Source: Gemmatimonas sp.
GTDB lineage: Bacteria > Gemmatimonadota > Gemmatimonadetes > Gemmatimonadales > Gemmatimonadaceae
Assembly: GCA_031414535.1 (NCBI GenBank)
Contig: JANNVQ010000014.1
Location: forward strand, 96,001 to 160,000
Direction: 5' to 3'
DNA length: 64,000 nucleotides
Part shown: positions 9,871-20,100 of the stretch, piece by piece
Layout of the letters: each line of letters starts with the position of its first letter
Position numbering within the stretch: position 1 is the stretch's first letter
Notes under the pieces: generated by a model
What the model was told of the DNA's origin: nothing
Databases searched by the model: none
What the model saw: the letters and a program-made list of their open reading frames with translations, nothing else
Translations under genes and position numbers: made by a program

Positions 9871-11112
9871 TCAGATCACCTCGCGCGTGCGCAGATCAGC
9901 GATTCGCGCTTCGTCGAGGCCGAGCAGATCGCGCAGGACTTCGTCCGTGTGCTCGCCAAGCGTGGGGCCGAGCTGACGAATGCTGCCCGGCGTCTCGCTC
10001 AAGCGCGGGACCACGGAGGGGAGAATCATGCTCTCACCGGTGCGATGGTCATCAATGGCCACAAGGTTGCGCCGCGCGTGGAACTGCCGGTCACTAAAGA
10101 TGTCGGCAATGTTGTTGAGCGGACCGGCCGGCGTGTGAGTGGAGTAGCAGCGCTCCAACACTTCCTCGCGCGTGAGCGATCCACACCAGTCGCGCACGAT
10201 CTCGTTCACCTGCGCGGCGTGTTCGAGGCGTGTACGCTGCTCACCGTACGTGGAGGAAGATGCCAACTCGGGGCGCCCCATCGCATTGGCCAAGCGCTCA
10301 AAGAGATGGTCAGTGGCGCAGGAGATGGCCACCCACTTGCCGTCCTTTGTGGCGAAGTGGCCGTGCGGACACGCGAACTCGTTGTGCGAGCTGCCCATGC
10401 GTTCGCGCACCGTGCCGTACATGGAGTAGGCCGGCGCGAGCTCATCAGTGCAGCGGAATACGGATTCGTACAGGGCCGCATCCACGTACTGTCCCTCTCC
10501 CGTCAGATCGCGGTGCCTGAGTGCAAGCAGGACGCCAATCGCTCCGTAGAGGCCGGTCATATAGTCGCCGAGCGTGGTGGAGCCTGGCGTGACGGGCGTG
10601 CCCTTGGGCATTCCGGCCAGATACGCGATGCCGCCCACGGCATGCGCCACACGCGCGAAGCCAGGACGATCCCTATATGGACCCGTCTGCCCGTATCCTG
10701 TTACACGCAGCATCACGAGCTTGGGATTTACTTGCTTGAGCCGGTCCCATCCGAGCCCCCACTTCTCCATCGTACCCGTGCGGAAGTTTTCGCAAAGCAC
10801 ATCGGTTTGCTTGATGAGCTCCAAGAAGAGCTCCTGCCCTTCTGGATGACGCAGATCAAGCGTCACGGAGCGCTTGTTGCGTGCTTCGCTCACCCAGGTG
10901 AGCGTATCGCCGCGCTGCGATGGCGTACCGAAGCGGCGGAGTCCGTCACCGCCGAGCGGGTGCTCAATCTTGAGCACGTCCGCACCGAACTCTCCGAGCA
11001 CGGTGGCGCAGAAGGGTGCCGCGATGATGGTGGCGATGTCTACCACGCGGATGCCTTCAAGCGGCATCGGCGACGGCACGATGGGCACATCAGGATGCAA
11101 GAATGTGCTCAT
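9871..11112 (-). CDS. smtB: Succinyl-CoA:(S)-malate CoA transferase subunit B
   Basis: CaiB/BaiF family; [36 protein letters not shown] and [10 protein letters not shown] match Chloroflexus SmtB as recalled. Tandem with smtA. Confidence 0.87.
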   Translation of the reverse strand: MSTFLHPDVPIVPSPMPLEGIRVVDIATIIAAPFCATVLGEFGADVLKIEHPLGGDGLRRFGTPSQRGDTLTWVSEARNKRSVTLDLRHPEGQELFLELIKQTDVLCENFRTGTMEKWGLGWDRLKQVNPKLVMLRVTGYGQTGPYRDRPGFARVAHAVGGIAYLAGMPKGTPVTPGSTTLGDYMTGLYGAIGVLLALRHRDLTGEGQYVDAALYESVFRCTDELAPAYSMYGTVRERMGSSHNEFACPHGHFATKDGKWVAISCATDHLFERLANAMGRPELASSSTYGEQRTRLEHAAQVNEIVRDWCGSLTREEVLERCYSTHTPAGPLNNIADIFSDRQFHARRNLVAIDDHRTGESMILPSVVPRLSETPGSIRQLGPTLGEHTDEVLRDLLGLDEARIADLRTREVI

Positions 11113-11115
11113 GGT

Positions 11116-12345
11116 TCAGATCACTCGCTGTTCGCGGAATTTTGCAATCTCGTTGGCTGCGAGCCCCAGCAACTCGCGCATCACCTGTTCGGTAGAATCT
11201 CCGAGCGTTGGCCCGAGACTGGTGACGCGTCCCGGTGTCTTGGAGAGGCGCGGCACCACGCCGGGAATCGCCAGGTTCTCGACAGGGCCATCGGACATGC
11301 GCACCAGATTCTCGCGGGCGGCAAACTGCTCGTCCTCGAAGATGTCCGCGATGCTGTTCACCTTGCCCACCGGAACTTCCTCACGCAGGCACTTATCGAG
11401 GACTTCCTCACGCGTGAGCGAGGCCACCCATTCAATTACCGTCTTATTGACCTTGTCGCGGTCAGCGAGGCGCTTGCGTTGATCGCCCCAGACTTCGCTC
11501 GAGGAGAGATGCGGCTGCCCCATCGCGACGCTCAAGCGCTCGAACATCTTGTCCGTCGTGCAGGCAATCGCAATCCACTTGCCATCACCGGTGCGGAAGT
11601 GCCCGTGCGGGACGGCGACGAAGCTACCGCTGCCTTCGCGCTCGCGAATTTTGCCGGTCGTTCCGTAGGCCGGTGCAATTTCCTCGAGCACGCGGAACAC
11701 GGCTTCATAGATGCCCACGTCAATCATCTGCCCGCGACCCGTAGCTTCTTGATGACGCAGGGCGATGAGCACACCAATCGCACCGAAGAGGCTCGCGATG
11801 TAATCGCCAAGTGGTACCGTACCCGGAAGCACCGGGGACTCGCCCGGGAAGCCCGAGAGGTAGTTGAGTCCACCAAAGGCCTGCGCGATGTGTGCGAATC
11901 CGCTGCGACGGCGATACGGGCCCGTCTGTCCATAGCCGGACACGCGCAGCATCACGATGCGCGGATTCGTGGCGTGCACGTCGGCCCAGCCGAGCCCCCA
12001 CTCCTCCATGGTGCCAGGACGGAAGTTCTCCACCAGCACATCCGACTTCTGCAGCAGACGCTTGAAGAGCATCACACCATCAGGCTGCCGCAGGTCAATG
12101 GTCACCGACTTGCGGTTGCGCGCCTCGCTCAGCCAACTGAGCGAAGCATCCTCACGCGGAGACTTGGTGCCGAAGTGCCGCATCGGATCGCCCGCGATCG
12201 GATGCTCCACCTTGATCACTTCGGCGCCGAACTCTCCGAGGATTGAAGCGGCGTAGGGGCCGGCGAGGAAATTGCCCACGTCAACGACCCGAACACCATC
12301 GAGTGGACGAGTCGTGAGTGTCGTGGCTGAGTCGTGCGTCGTCAC
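11116..12345 (-). CDS. smtA: Succinyl-CoA:(S)-malate CoA transferase subunit A
   Basis: DVGNFLAGPYAASILGEFGAEV, RRRSGFAHIA, PLGDYIASLFGAIG and AVPHGHF match Chloroflexus SmtA as recalled. Confidence 0.87.
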   Translation of the reverse strand: MTTHDSATTLTTRPLDGVRVVDVGNFLAGPYAASILGEFGAEVIKVEHPIAGDPMRHFGTKSPREDASLSWLSEARNRKSVTIDLRQPDGVMLFKRLLQKSDVLVENFRPGTMEEWGLGWADVHATNPRIVMLRVSGYGQTGPYRRRSGFAHIAQAFGGLNYLSGFPGESPVLPGTVPLGDYIASLFGAIGVLIALRHQEATGRGQMIDVGIYEAVFRVLEEIAPAYGTTGKIREREGSGSFVAVPHGHFRTGDGKWIAIACTTDKMFERLSVAMGQPHLSSSEVWGDQRKRLADRDKVNKTVIEWVASLTREEVLDKCLREEVPVGKVNSIADIFEDEQFAARENLVRMSDGPVENLAIPGVVPRLSKTPGRVTSLGPTLGDSTEQVMRELLGLAANEIAKFREQRVI

Positions 12346-12404
12346 AAAGACCTTGAAAGAGACAGTGAGTCGCGGGTGGCGCAGTCAAACACTAGCTTGC
12401 CCTT

Positions 12405-13295
12405 ATGTCCGACAAATCCCCGATGCCAGAAGTGGACGTTGCGGCATGGATTGGCCGCAGCGAGACCGTCCAAGACGACTGTTCGACGGCGCAAGCCTTG
12501 AGCGTGGCCGCGATGCTGAACCTCAACGCCTCGCAGATTGGCGAAGGCTCCGCCCTTCCCCTGCTCTGGCATTGGTTCTACTTCCTGCCGCGGGCGCCGC
12601 AGGCCAAGCTCTCGGCCGATGGGCATCCCGAGCGCGGTGGATTCCTGCCGCCCATCACCTTGCCGCGGCGCATGTTTGCGGGTGCGCGCGTCACCGTGTA
12701 TCAGTGGCTCACGCTCGGTCGCCCGGCGACGCGCGAAGGTACGATCCTCAACGTGCGGGAGACCAGCGGCAAGAGCGGCAAGCTGACCTTCGTCTCTGTT
12801 GGATACCGATTCCTGCAGGATGGCGTGCTGTGTTTGGAAGAGGAGCAGGACATCGTGTACCGCGAGCCCGGTGCTGCAGTGCCTGCGCCGACTGCCGCCG
12901 AACGTCCAGCGTTGGTAGACGGGGCGTTCAGCGAGGAGTTCACACCAGACTCGCGCCTGCTGTTTCGGTTCAGCGCGCTGACGTTCAACGCGCATCGCAT
13001 TCACTACGACCGTCCCTACGCGATGCAGGAAGAGGGCTACCCCGGCCTCGTCGTGCACGGACCGCTGATTGCACTGCTGCTGGCCGAACTCGCGCAGCAG
13101 CAGTCCCAACATCAGATCGCCAAGTTCAGCTTCAAGGGTATGGCACCGCTGTTCGACATTGGTAGCGTGCGGCTGTCGGGGGTGCGGACAGCCTTGAATG
13201 GCCCCGACGCGCGTGCCTCCGAGCGCATCGGGCTCGCGGCACACGCCGTGGACGGCACGCAGACGATGGCCGCTGAAGCGGTGTTCAGACCGTAA
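12405..13295 (+). CDS. meh: Mesaconyl-C4-CoA hydratase (3-methylfumaryl-CoA hydratase, hotdog fold)
   Basis: LWHWFYFLPRAPQ, DGHPERGGF, RRMFAG, EEEQDIVYRE and LFRFSALTFNAHRIHYD...GLVVHGP, inside the mct/mcl/smt cluster. Confidence 0.87.
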   Translation: MSDKSPMPEVDVAAWIGRSETVQDDCSTAQALSVAAMLNLNASQIGEGSALPLLWHWFYFLPRAPQAKLSADGHPERGGFLPPITLPRRMFAGARVTVYQWLTLGRPATREGTILNVRETSGKSGKLTFVSVGYRFLQDGVLCLEEEQDIVYREPGAAVPAPTAAERPALVDGAFSEEFTPDSRLLFRFSALTFNAHRIHYDRPYAMQEEGYPGLVVHGPLIALLLAELAQQQSQHQIAKFSFKGMAPLFDIGSVRLSGVRTALNGPDARASERIGLAAHAVDGTQTMAAEAVFRP

Positions 13296-16200
13296 TCGCA
13301 AGACCGCGATAGATGCGGGAGCGGTAGCGCGAATCCTTCTCCTCGGGAATCGGCGCCGCTGCCAACAGCACGGCCTTGGCAAAGCGCGCCAACTCTTCCG
13401 CCTGCTCCGCGGCATCGCGCGGCTCCTCGCTGCGCATACGCCGCGTAATGTTGATCTGGTTCACCGGCACATTGGTGTAGAGCCGCTCGTTTTCTACGCC
13501 CAGCGTGGCCGTGAGCGCATGCAAGGTGGTCTTCACGAAGTTGGCGATGGCGAACTGCGCCGGCGATCCGCCCACCGGCACGTCCGGCGACACCAGAATC
13601 AATCGCGCACCCTTGTAGAGCGAGACCTTACGCGCCACGCGGAAGTGCTGCGTGAGATTGCCCTCGACCACTTCCGAGAAGCCCGCCGCATCGAGGTGAT
13701 CCTTGCCCGCGATGCCAAACAATGCTTGCGGAATTGGCGTGAACGGCGTGGCAATCACGGCAGCAGGCAACCCGTGCGCGGCGACGGCCGCATCCATGCC
13801 CGACTCGAGTTCGTCACCGACCACACGGACATCCGCTCGCTCAGCGTGAGGCAGGCCAGAGAGTGACTCGCGGCTCTTAGCTGCGGCTTCGGCTGTTCTC
13901 ATGAGCACCACCAGACGCCCAACCTGTGCTTCGCCGAGGAAGGTCTCGGCGGCGGCGGCCATGTGCTCCGTGAGATGCTCGCCGATGATCCACACCGTCT
14001 CGCCTTCCATGAGCGCCACGCGCTCGGGCCGTGCGCGGCCAAACAACTCGCGTTCGGTGATGGTGCGCTCCTGATGCAAGCCACCGCTGGGCTCGAAGGT
14101 CTCCCCAGAAATTGCGCGGTCCGCCATGAAGAACACCGTGGCCAGTGCGACGTCCGTTTCCGTCGGCATCTGCTTCAAGTGCAGCATGCCGAGTACGCCC
14201 TTGGCGATTTTCTCGGCCTCGGCCATCACCTCGGCGGCGTTCAGGAACGGTTCGGCTGGCTCCGGCAGCTTGCTGAGCCAAGCCTCGGCGGACTCCATTG
14301 CGCCCTTTCCAGCAGCACTCACGACGCCGCCGTTGATCAGGCGGTTGAGGAAGCGCCGCGCAATGGCGGGCGTGAAGATGAAGCGGACCGAAGAGAACTG
14401 TGCGTCAGCTGCGCCCGTCCCAACGAGGCGTGACCCCAAGGTCTGGAGTTCCTGTGGGACCCCTTCCGCCTGCAGCGACGGCACGTCATTGCCCTGCATG
14501 GCGGCAAGGCAATCGGCCAAGCTCGCACCAGACTCAAGCGCCTTGAGTGTGGCCGTGTGCACGAGGGTCAGCCGCTTGTTCTCGTGAATCAGTCGCGCGC
14601 GGCGCGCGAAGAGTCCAGCCTTGCCGTCCTTGCCGGCGAGGCGCTGCCCATCCACCGGCCCCGGTGCGATTGCGTTGATCTGCACCTCCGGACCAACGAA
14701 CTTCGCGAGGTTCTCCACGAGCGCGCGCTGGCCCGCCTTGGAGACTGCGTAGTCCGCACGGTTCGGGTAGGGCACGGCAATAAACTTCTCACCGCCAAAG
14801 TACGAACTCACGTTGAGCACGTAGCCCGAGCCCTGCTTCTTCATCAGCGGCACCACCTTCTCGATGAGCGAGTAGTTGCTCTCGAGATTGGTGTTGAGCG
14901 TGTTGCGCCAGTCCGCAACGTCCATGTCCACGACCATCTGCTCAGCGCCGGCGATCCCTGCGTTGTTGATGAGGTAGTCGAGTCGACCGAACTCCTTGAG
15001 CGTTTTCGCCAAGGCCTCACTGAGCTTCGCTTCGTTGTTGGTGTCTACGTTGGCGATGTACTGCACGCGCTCGTGGGCACGGTAGTAGCCGATGTCCTCG
15101 AGTTCGCGCACGATGCTGTCGCGCATACCCTTAAGCTGCTCCTCGCGACGCGCCGTGATCATGACGCGAGCGCCAGCCATCGCGAGCAGGCGTCCGATTT
15201 GGCCACCGATACCCGCCGAGCCGCCGGTGATGAGGGCGACCTTGCCCAAGTGCAGGCCGTGGAGGGCTTCCATCCAACCGAAAGTGGCTTTGCGTGAGCC
15301 CGTGGCGTCCACGATGCTCGAGGGCAGGTAGAGATTCACCTGATTGATGCGGCGCTTGGTGTACATCAAGCGCGCTGCGTGGCTCGCCGCGAAGGGGAGC
15401 CCCTCATCCTCCGCGTTGGACCAACGGATGATTTGGTTGGACCATTCCACGACCTTGCGCTTGTGCATGGCGACTTGCACTTCTGTCTCGTCGCGCCAGA
15501 TGCGCACCAACTCTTCCATTGATGAGCGCAGAATGTCGGCGTAGGCGTTGGCCCCGCCATCGCTGCCATTCGAGAGGAAGATTGTGCGCGGGTACGAGTT
15601 GCGCGGAGCAGCCGTGCGCCAAAAGCGCGTCAGCTCGCGGGCGATCGCGATGGCACCAACGATCTCGCCCGTGATGAACTGATCAACGTCGGTGTCGCTG
15701 GCCTCGGCCAAGGGCGCGAGGAACTTGCCGGGACCATAGGCCGGCATGACGATGGCACCGTGGAGGACGTCCTCGCGGGCGCGCTCTTCATTGAGCACGG
15801 CGGAAAGCGTCTCGGGACGACGACGATCGAACAAGACCGGTGTGATGCGGCGGTCGCGGTCATCATCCTGAAGCGCAGCCTGCGCCGCGTGCACGTTCTC
15901 CTCGCTCCCGAGGCCAAGGATGACGCTCGCACCGCAACCCGCCTGCACGCGTGCCACCGTGAGTGCATCGGCCACTTGATTACCGGCCGCCACGAGCAGC
16001 GTGACGCCTGTGCCATCAACTGTCCGGAGCGTGGGCCGCGCGGTGAAGGTGCTACGCGACTCTTGGCGGACGGCCATGCCGTGCGTGACTTCAAAGTTGT
16101 GTCCGTTGAAGGCGGCAGATTCTTCGGAGCCCAAGAAGACGATGGTGTTGGCGACGTCATCCACGGTGGGGAGACGGCGTCCTGCAACGCCCTTCTCGTC

Positions 16201-17073
16201 TGGGCGAGCGAGGGTCATGAGGCCCGTCATCTCATCGTGCGTGGTGCCAGGCTTCATGTCGCGCAGTCCGTCCATGGCGGCGAACACGTTGCGAATGCGT
16301 TCGCTATCAATGGGGCCAGGGAATACGGTATTCACGCGAATTCCGCGGGGTCCAAGCTGCAGGGCCAGTTGGCGCGAGAAGGCATTGAGCGCTGCCTTCG
16401 GGACTACGTAGGCCACGCGTCCGTAGTACTGCGTGCGCGAGAAGATGGTAGACACCTGGATGATGGTCGCACCAGGCTTGAGATGCGGGGTGACGGCCCG
16501 CACGAGATTCCAAGAGAGCCCGAGCAGATTGCCCGCGGCGTCGCGCGCCGTTTCGGAATCGGCGCTGCCTTCGGTACGCAGCAGTTCGAGTTCGTCGCGC
16601 GTGAGCGGGACGTCCTCGAGAATTTGCTTGGGGCCCGCGGAGCCCGCGTTGTTGACCACGATATCAATGCGACCAAACTGCTGCATCGCCGCGTCGATGC
16701 CCCAACGCACCTGGCCGGGATCGGCGGCATCGAAGGGCAGTACGTGCGCGTTGGCAGCCTTGGCCTTAGTCTGCTTAAGCAGTGCCGTGCGCGTGGCCTC
16801 GAGCTTCGTGCGGTTGCGACCGACGAGGATGACCGTCGCGCCTTCCTCGAGATACCGACGCGAAATGACAACGCCGATGTTGCCCGCCGCACCGGTAACA
16901 AGCGCGACCTTGCCCGCGAGGCGACCGGCGCCGCGTACGGATGTCTTTGCCGATGTCTTTGCCGATGTCTTGGCCGATGTCTTGGCAGAGGCTTTTGCAG
17001 AGGCCTTGCTGGCGGCCGGCTTCGACTTCGCAGACTTTGTTGGCTTCGCTGACTTCTTGATGGTACGCGGCAT
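13285..17073 (-). CDS. mcr: Bifunctional malonyl-CoA reductase (3-hydroxypropionate-forming)
   Basis: 1262 aa with two intact SDR units: TGAAGNIG/NNAG/YVVPK and TGGSAGIG/NNAG/YFGGE...YPNRADYAVSK. Ends RIYRGLAITV. Has a ~45-aa Lys-rich N-terminal extension. Confidence 0.93.
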   Translation of the reverse strand: MPRTIKKSAKPTKSAKSKPAASKASAKASAKTSAKTSAKTSAKTSVRGAGRLAGKVALVTGAAGNIGVVISRRYLEEGATVILVGRNRTKLEATRTALLKQTKAKAANAHVLPFDAADPGQVRWGIDAAMQQFGRIDIVVNNAGSAGPKQILEDVPLTRDELELLRTEGSADSETARDAAGNLLGLSWNLVRAVTPHLKPGATIIQVSTIFSRTQYYGRVAYVVPKAALNAFSRQLALQLGPRGIRVNTVFPGPIDSERIRNVFAAMDGLRDMKPGTTHDEMTGLMTLARPDEKGVAGRRLPTVDDVANTIVFLGSEESAAFNGHNFEVTHGMAVRQESRSTFTARPTLRTVDGTGVTLLVAAGNQVADALTVARVQAGCGASVILGLGSEENVHAAQAALQDDDRDRRITPVLFDRRRPETLSAVLNEERAREDVLHGAIVMPAYGPGKFLAPLAEASDTDVDQFITGEIVGAIAIARELTRFWRTAAPRNSYPRTIFLSNGSDGGANAYADILRSSMEELVRIWRDETEVQVAMHKRKVVEWSNQIIRWSNAEDEGLPFAASHAARLMYTKRRINQVNLYLPSSIVDATGSRKATFGWMEALHGLHLGKVALITGGSAGIGGQIGRLLAMAGARVMITARREEQLKGMRDSIVRELEDIGYYRAHERVQYIANVDTNNEAKLSEALAKTLKEFGRLDYLINNAGIAGAEQMVVDMDVADWRNTLNTNLESNYSLIEKVVPLMKKQGSGYVLNVSSYFGGEKFIAVPYPNRADYAVSKAGQRALVENLAKFVGPEVQINAIAPGPVDGQRLAGKDGKAGLFARRARLIHENKRLTLVHTATLKALESGASLADCLAAMQGNDVPSLQAEGVPQELQTLGSRLVGTGAADAQFSSVRFIFTPAIARRFLNRLINGGVVSAAGKGAMESAEAWLSKLPEPAEPFLNAAEVMAEAEKIAKGVLGMLHLKQMPTETDVALATVFFMADRAISGETFEPSGGLHQERTITERELFGRARPERVALMEGETVWIIGEHLTEHMAAAAETFLGEAQVGRLVVLMRTAEAAAKSRESLSGLPHAERADVRVVGDELESGMDAAVAAHGLPAAVIATPFTPIPQALFGIAGKDHLDAAGFSEVVEGNLTQHFRVARKVSLYKGARLILVSPDVPVGGSPAQFAIANFVKTTLHALTATLGVENERLYTNVPVNQINITRRMRSEEPRDAAEQAEELARFAKAVLLAAAPIPEEKDSRYRSRIYRGLAITV
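16940..17011. repeat. Coding 12-bp tandem repeat (6 units, decaying) in the mcr 5' end, encoding (S-A-K-T/A)n
   Basis: Plus strand GATGTCTTTGCC x2, GATGTCTTGGCC, GATGTCTTGGCA, GAGGCTTTTGCA, GAGGCCTTGCTG. Confidence 0.9.
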
Positions 17074-17106
17074 CGTGAATCCTGCTCGGGTGAGAGAGGC
17101 GAGAGC

Positions 17107-20100
17107 TCAGGCGTCGCTGCGGCGGCGCGCGGCCCATTCCTGATACAGCTCGTCGCGGCTTCGGAGGCCTGGCCGCGGGAGCGCGTGGTTCACCACATAC
17201 GTGGCGCCGGCGTGGGTGTTATCCCACATCGCTTGGTGCGCCTTAGGTAGATCTTCCCAAGGCACGACAGTTGGTTCGGTCACTTCGAGCTGGCCCGCAC
17301 CGATCATCTCGTTCATCCGCACCACCTCGTAGGCGTTGCAGAGGTGCGTGCCGGCAATAGTCGCCGTCGGCATCAGGATGCGACGCTGCCGCATCCAGAC
17401 TTGTGGGGCGTAGAAGGTGAAGCGGCGGCCCGCGAGATCCTCGCAGTACACCACGCGTCCCGTGAACGGCTTCACCAGCGATGTGCTCGCGGCGAGTGCA
17501 TCGTGGCCAGCGCGTTCGATGATGAGATCGGGATAGCCGCGCGGGTTATCCGCCGTACGCAGATACTTGCCGACCGCGCTGCCGAAAGGCTTCATCGTGC
17601 GCTCTTGGTAATCGCGCACGGCATCCTTGAAGGCCGCGGTCTCTTTCTTGGCGTCGGGCATCGGCGGCAAGGCGTCTGGCCAATCGAAGCCATCGCCCTC
17701 ACGGCGGCGAATTTCCTCGAGCGATACCACGCCCTTCACCGCATCGCCAAATCCCAGCGACTGCACGAACTCGCGTTGTGCGTCGGTGGCGGTTGCCACC
17801 ACGAGCCGGCCGCGCAACGCTCGCACAGCCTCAATGGCTTCAAGGCCAACAGGATCGAGCAGCGCGCCGTCGCCTACTCCATAGTAGAGCAACACAGCTT
17901 CGCCGGCACGCAGGCGCGCGCGGCGCAGCATGGCATCAGGTGTCGATGCGCCACGCTTACCCACGAACGAGAACCAATACCCGCTCGTCGCACCGTAAAA
18001 AGTGAGTGTGCCTCCCTCAGCGAGCATCTGGAAGCTGCGTGGGAAAGCTTCCTGCCCGGCGTGCGAGACTGCGTAATCAGCGAGTCCACCACCGTTCTGA
18101 TCGCGAAAGGCCTGCAAGAGCGGCTCACCGTCGCGCTCCCACTTGGCGATGCCCGCGGCGTCTGACGGCACGGGCGTGAACACCTTGGCCCAGCGCGCGT
18201 CCTTACGATCAATCGCCCCGGCCGCGCCCTGCGCCTTCACGAAGGCAGCACGTTCGGCGCTCGATACGAGGCCAACCGCTGAAAGTCCGTTGCGGGCCGC
18301 GCTCTTGAGCGCCTCAAGGCCGGTACCCGTCGCCGCACCTTCCACGAAGATGCGCTTACCGCTCTCCACCTGAAGCGTGGTGAACAGCGCACGCACGACT
18401 GTGCCCAAGTTGAGCACATAGGAGCCAGCGGCCTCCAGCGTCAGATCAGCCGGCAGATGATGCAACTGCGGCCCCTGCGTGAGCAAAAACTGTTGATGCG
18501 AGCCGGTGTCCGTCTCGTAGCCTTGAATGGAGAAGCCCGCGTACATTGGGTCGCGACCAGCGAGTGGAGACAGCAACTCACTCTGGCCGGAGTAAATGGT
18601 GACGAGGTCCCCAACCTTGAGACGGCCTTCCTTCTTGAGTTCGCCGCCCATCGCAGCGACGAGTCCTACGCCACCAGAGCCCGTGACCTGGTAGTCGAGG
18701 TCGTGATTCTCAAACGGCGACACCGGAATGCCCGTGATGGCCCAGATGTCATTGAAGTTCACTTCCGACGCGAGCACGTACACGAGCGCTTCGTTGGGCC
18801 CAGGTGTGGGCACAGGCGCGACGATCTCACGCTCTTTTTCCCGCGGCAGGCCGTGGTCCGGCGCACCGGTGCGCGCGTCGCGCACCACAGCGTGACCAAA
18901 CTGCCAACGAGGCACCGGCGTGAGTCCCGGGAAGAATGGCGCGCCCACGGGGAGCAAGTCACCACTGGAAATCAGCGCCTCACGCACGGCACCGTGTGGC
19001 GTGGTATCGCGATGCGTGGGAAGAGCTGCGCTGCGTTTGTCTTGGAACGCTTGGATGCCCGCCTTGCCGCCGTCGGGATCAACCACGGCTTCGGCAAAGA
19101 GTCGCGCTTCGCGCTCGAGACCCGCATCAATGCCCCGCGTCCACCCGGTGCGCACGGCATCAACGATACGGGCAGCTACTGCCCCGCGACCCACCACATC
19201 TGCCTGCGCGAGCAAGCGTCGCACTTCGGGATCATGCAGCGCCGCATTCAAGTCATCACCACCCGGACCCTGCCAAGCACGCGCCGCCGCACGACGCGCC
19301 GCAAAGGTCCTGGCAACTAAGCCGCTACCCTTTTCATCACGCACATACTCAGCGGCCAAGCGCACCGCGAGCGTGAGCACGTCTTCTGAGTCAGAGGCCA
19401 GCGCGTGCACGAGGCCGTCGGCGCTCATCGCGTCGGCGTCCTGCGTGCGCCCACCGATGATGATCTCTAGCGCTCGTACGAGCGGATGCGCGTGCTTCGC
19501 AGTCTCAAGCAAACGCGGAAGTCGCTGCGTGCCGCCATAGCCGGGCAACAAATTGAGTCGCACCTCTGGCTGACCGAAGCTCGCCGAGGACTCTGCCACA
19601 CGCACGTGACAGGCCATGGCGAACTCCATGCCTCCGCCGAGCGCCACACCATTAATCGCGGCGATGGCCGGCTTGTTCATCGCTTCAATCTTGCGAAACG
19701 CGAGCTGTGCGTTGTTAGGCAGAGGAAGCGCTTCTTCAATCGTGCGCACTTCCTCGAGAAGCTGACGGATATCCGCACCTGCCACGAAACTCGCCGTACC
19801 CTGCCCCGTGAAGATCACAGCCTTCACATCCTCGCGACGCGCGACGTGGTCCACCACGATGTTGAGTTCGTCGAGCGCACGCTCGTTGAGCGCGTTCACC
19901 GGCGGATTATTAATGGTCACGACCGCAAGACGCGCCGTGTCGGACAGCGGATGATACAGAATGCGGAAGTAGCGGTAGTCCTCAAACAGGCGCTGCTCGT
20001 CGGCCACCTTCTGCCGCTCGAGCCAGTCCGCCACCACTCGGCGCAATTCCGGAATGCACTCAGGATTGCGCAGCGTTGAGGTATCGCCTACGTCTTCACC

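Noticed and set aside
9811..12246. 811-aa plus-strand ORF
   Set aside because: Antisense shadow of smtA/smtB with no recognisable motifs; expected from high-GC codon bias.
16940..17011. CRISPR array or phase-variation tract
   Set aside because: The 12-bp units have no spacers and are a multiple of three inside a CDS, so length change does not shift the frame.
18740..18775. Pcs reductase domain acting as a natural reductive carboxylase (Ccr-like)
   Set aside because: The motif reads VNFND, as I recall for ordinary, essentially non-carboxylating Pcs, rather than the Ccr-like VNYN[GS]. No sign of a carboxylating variant.
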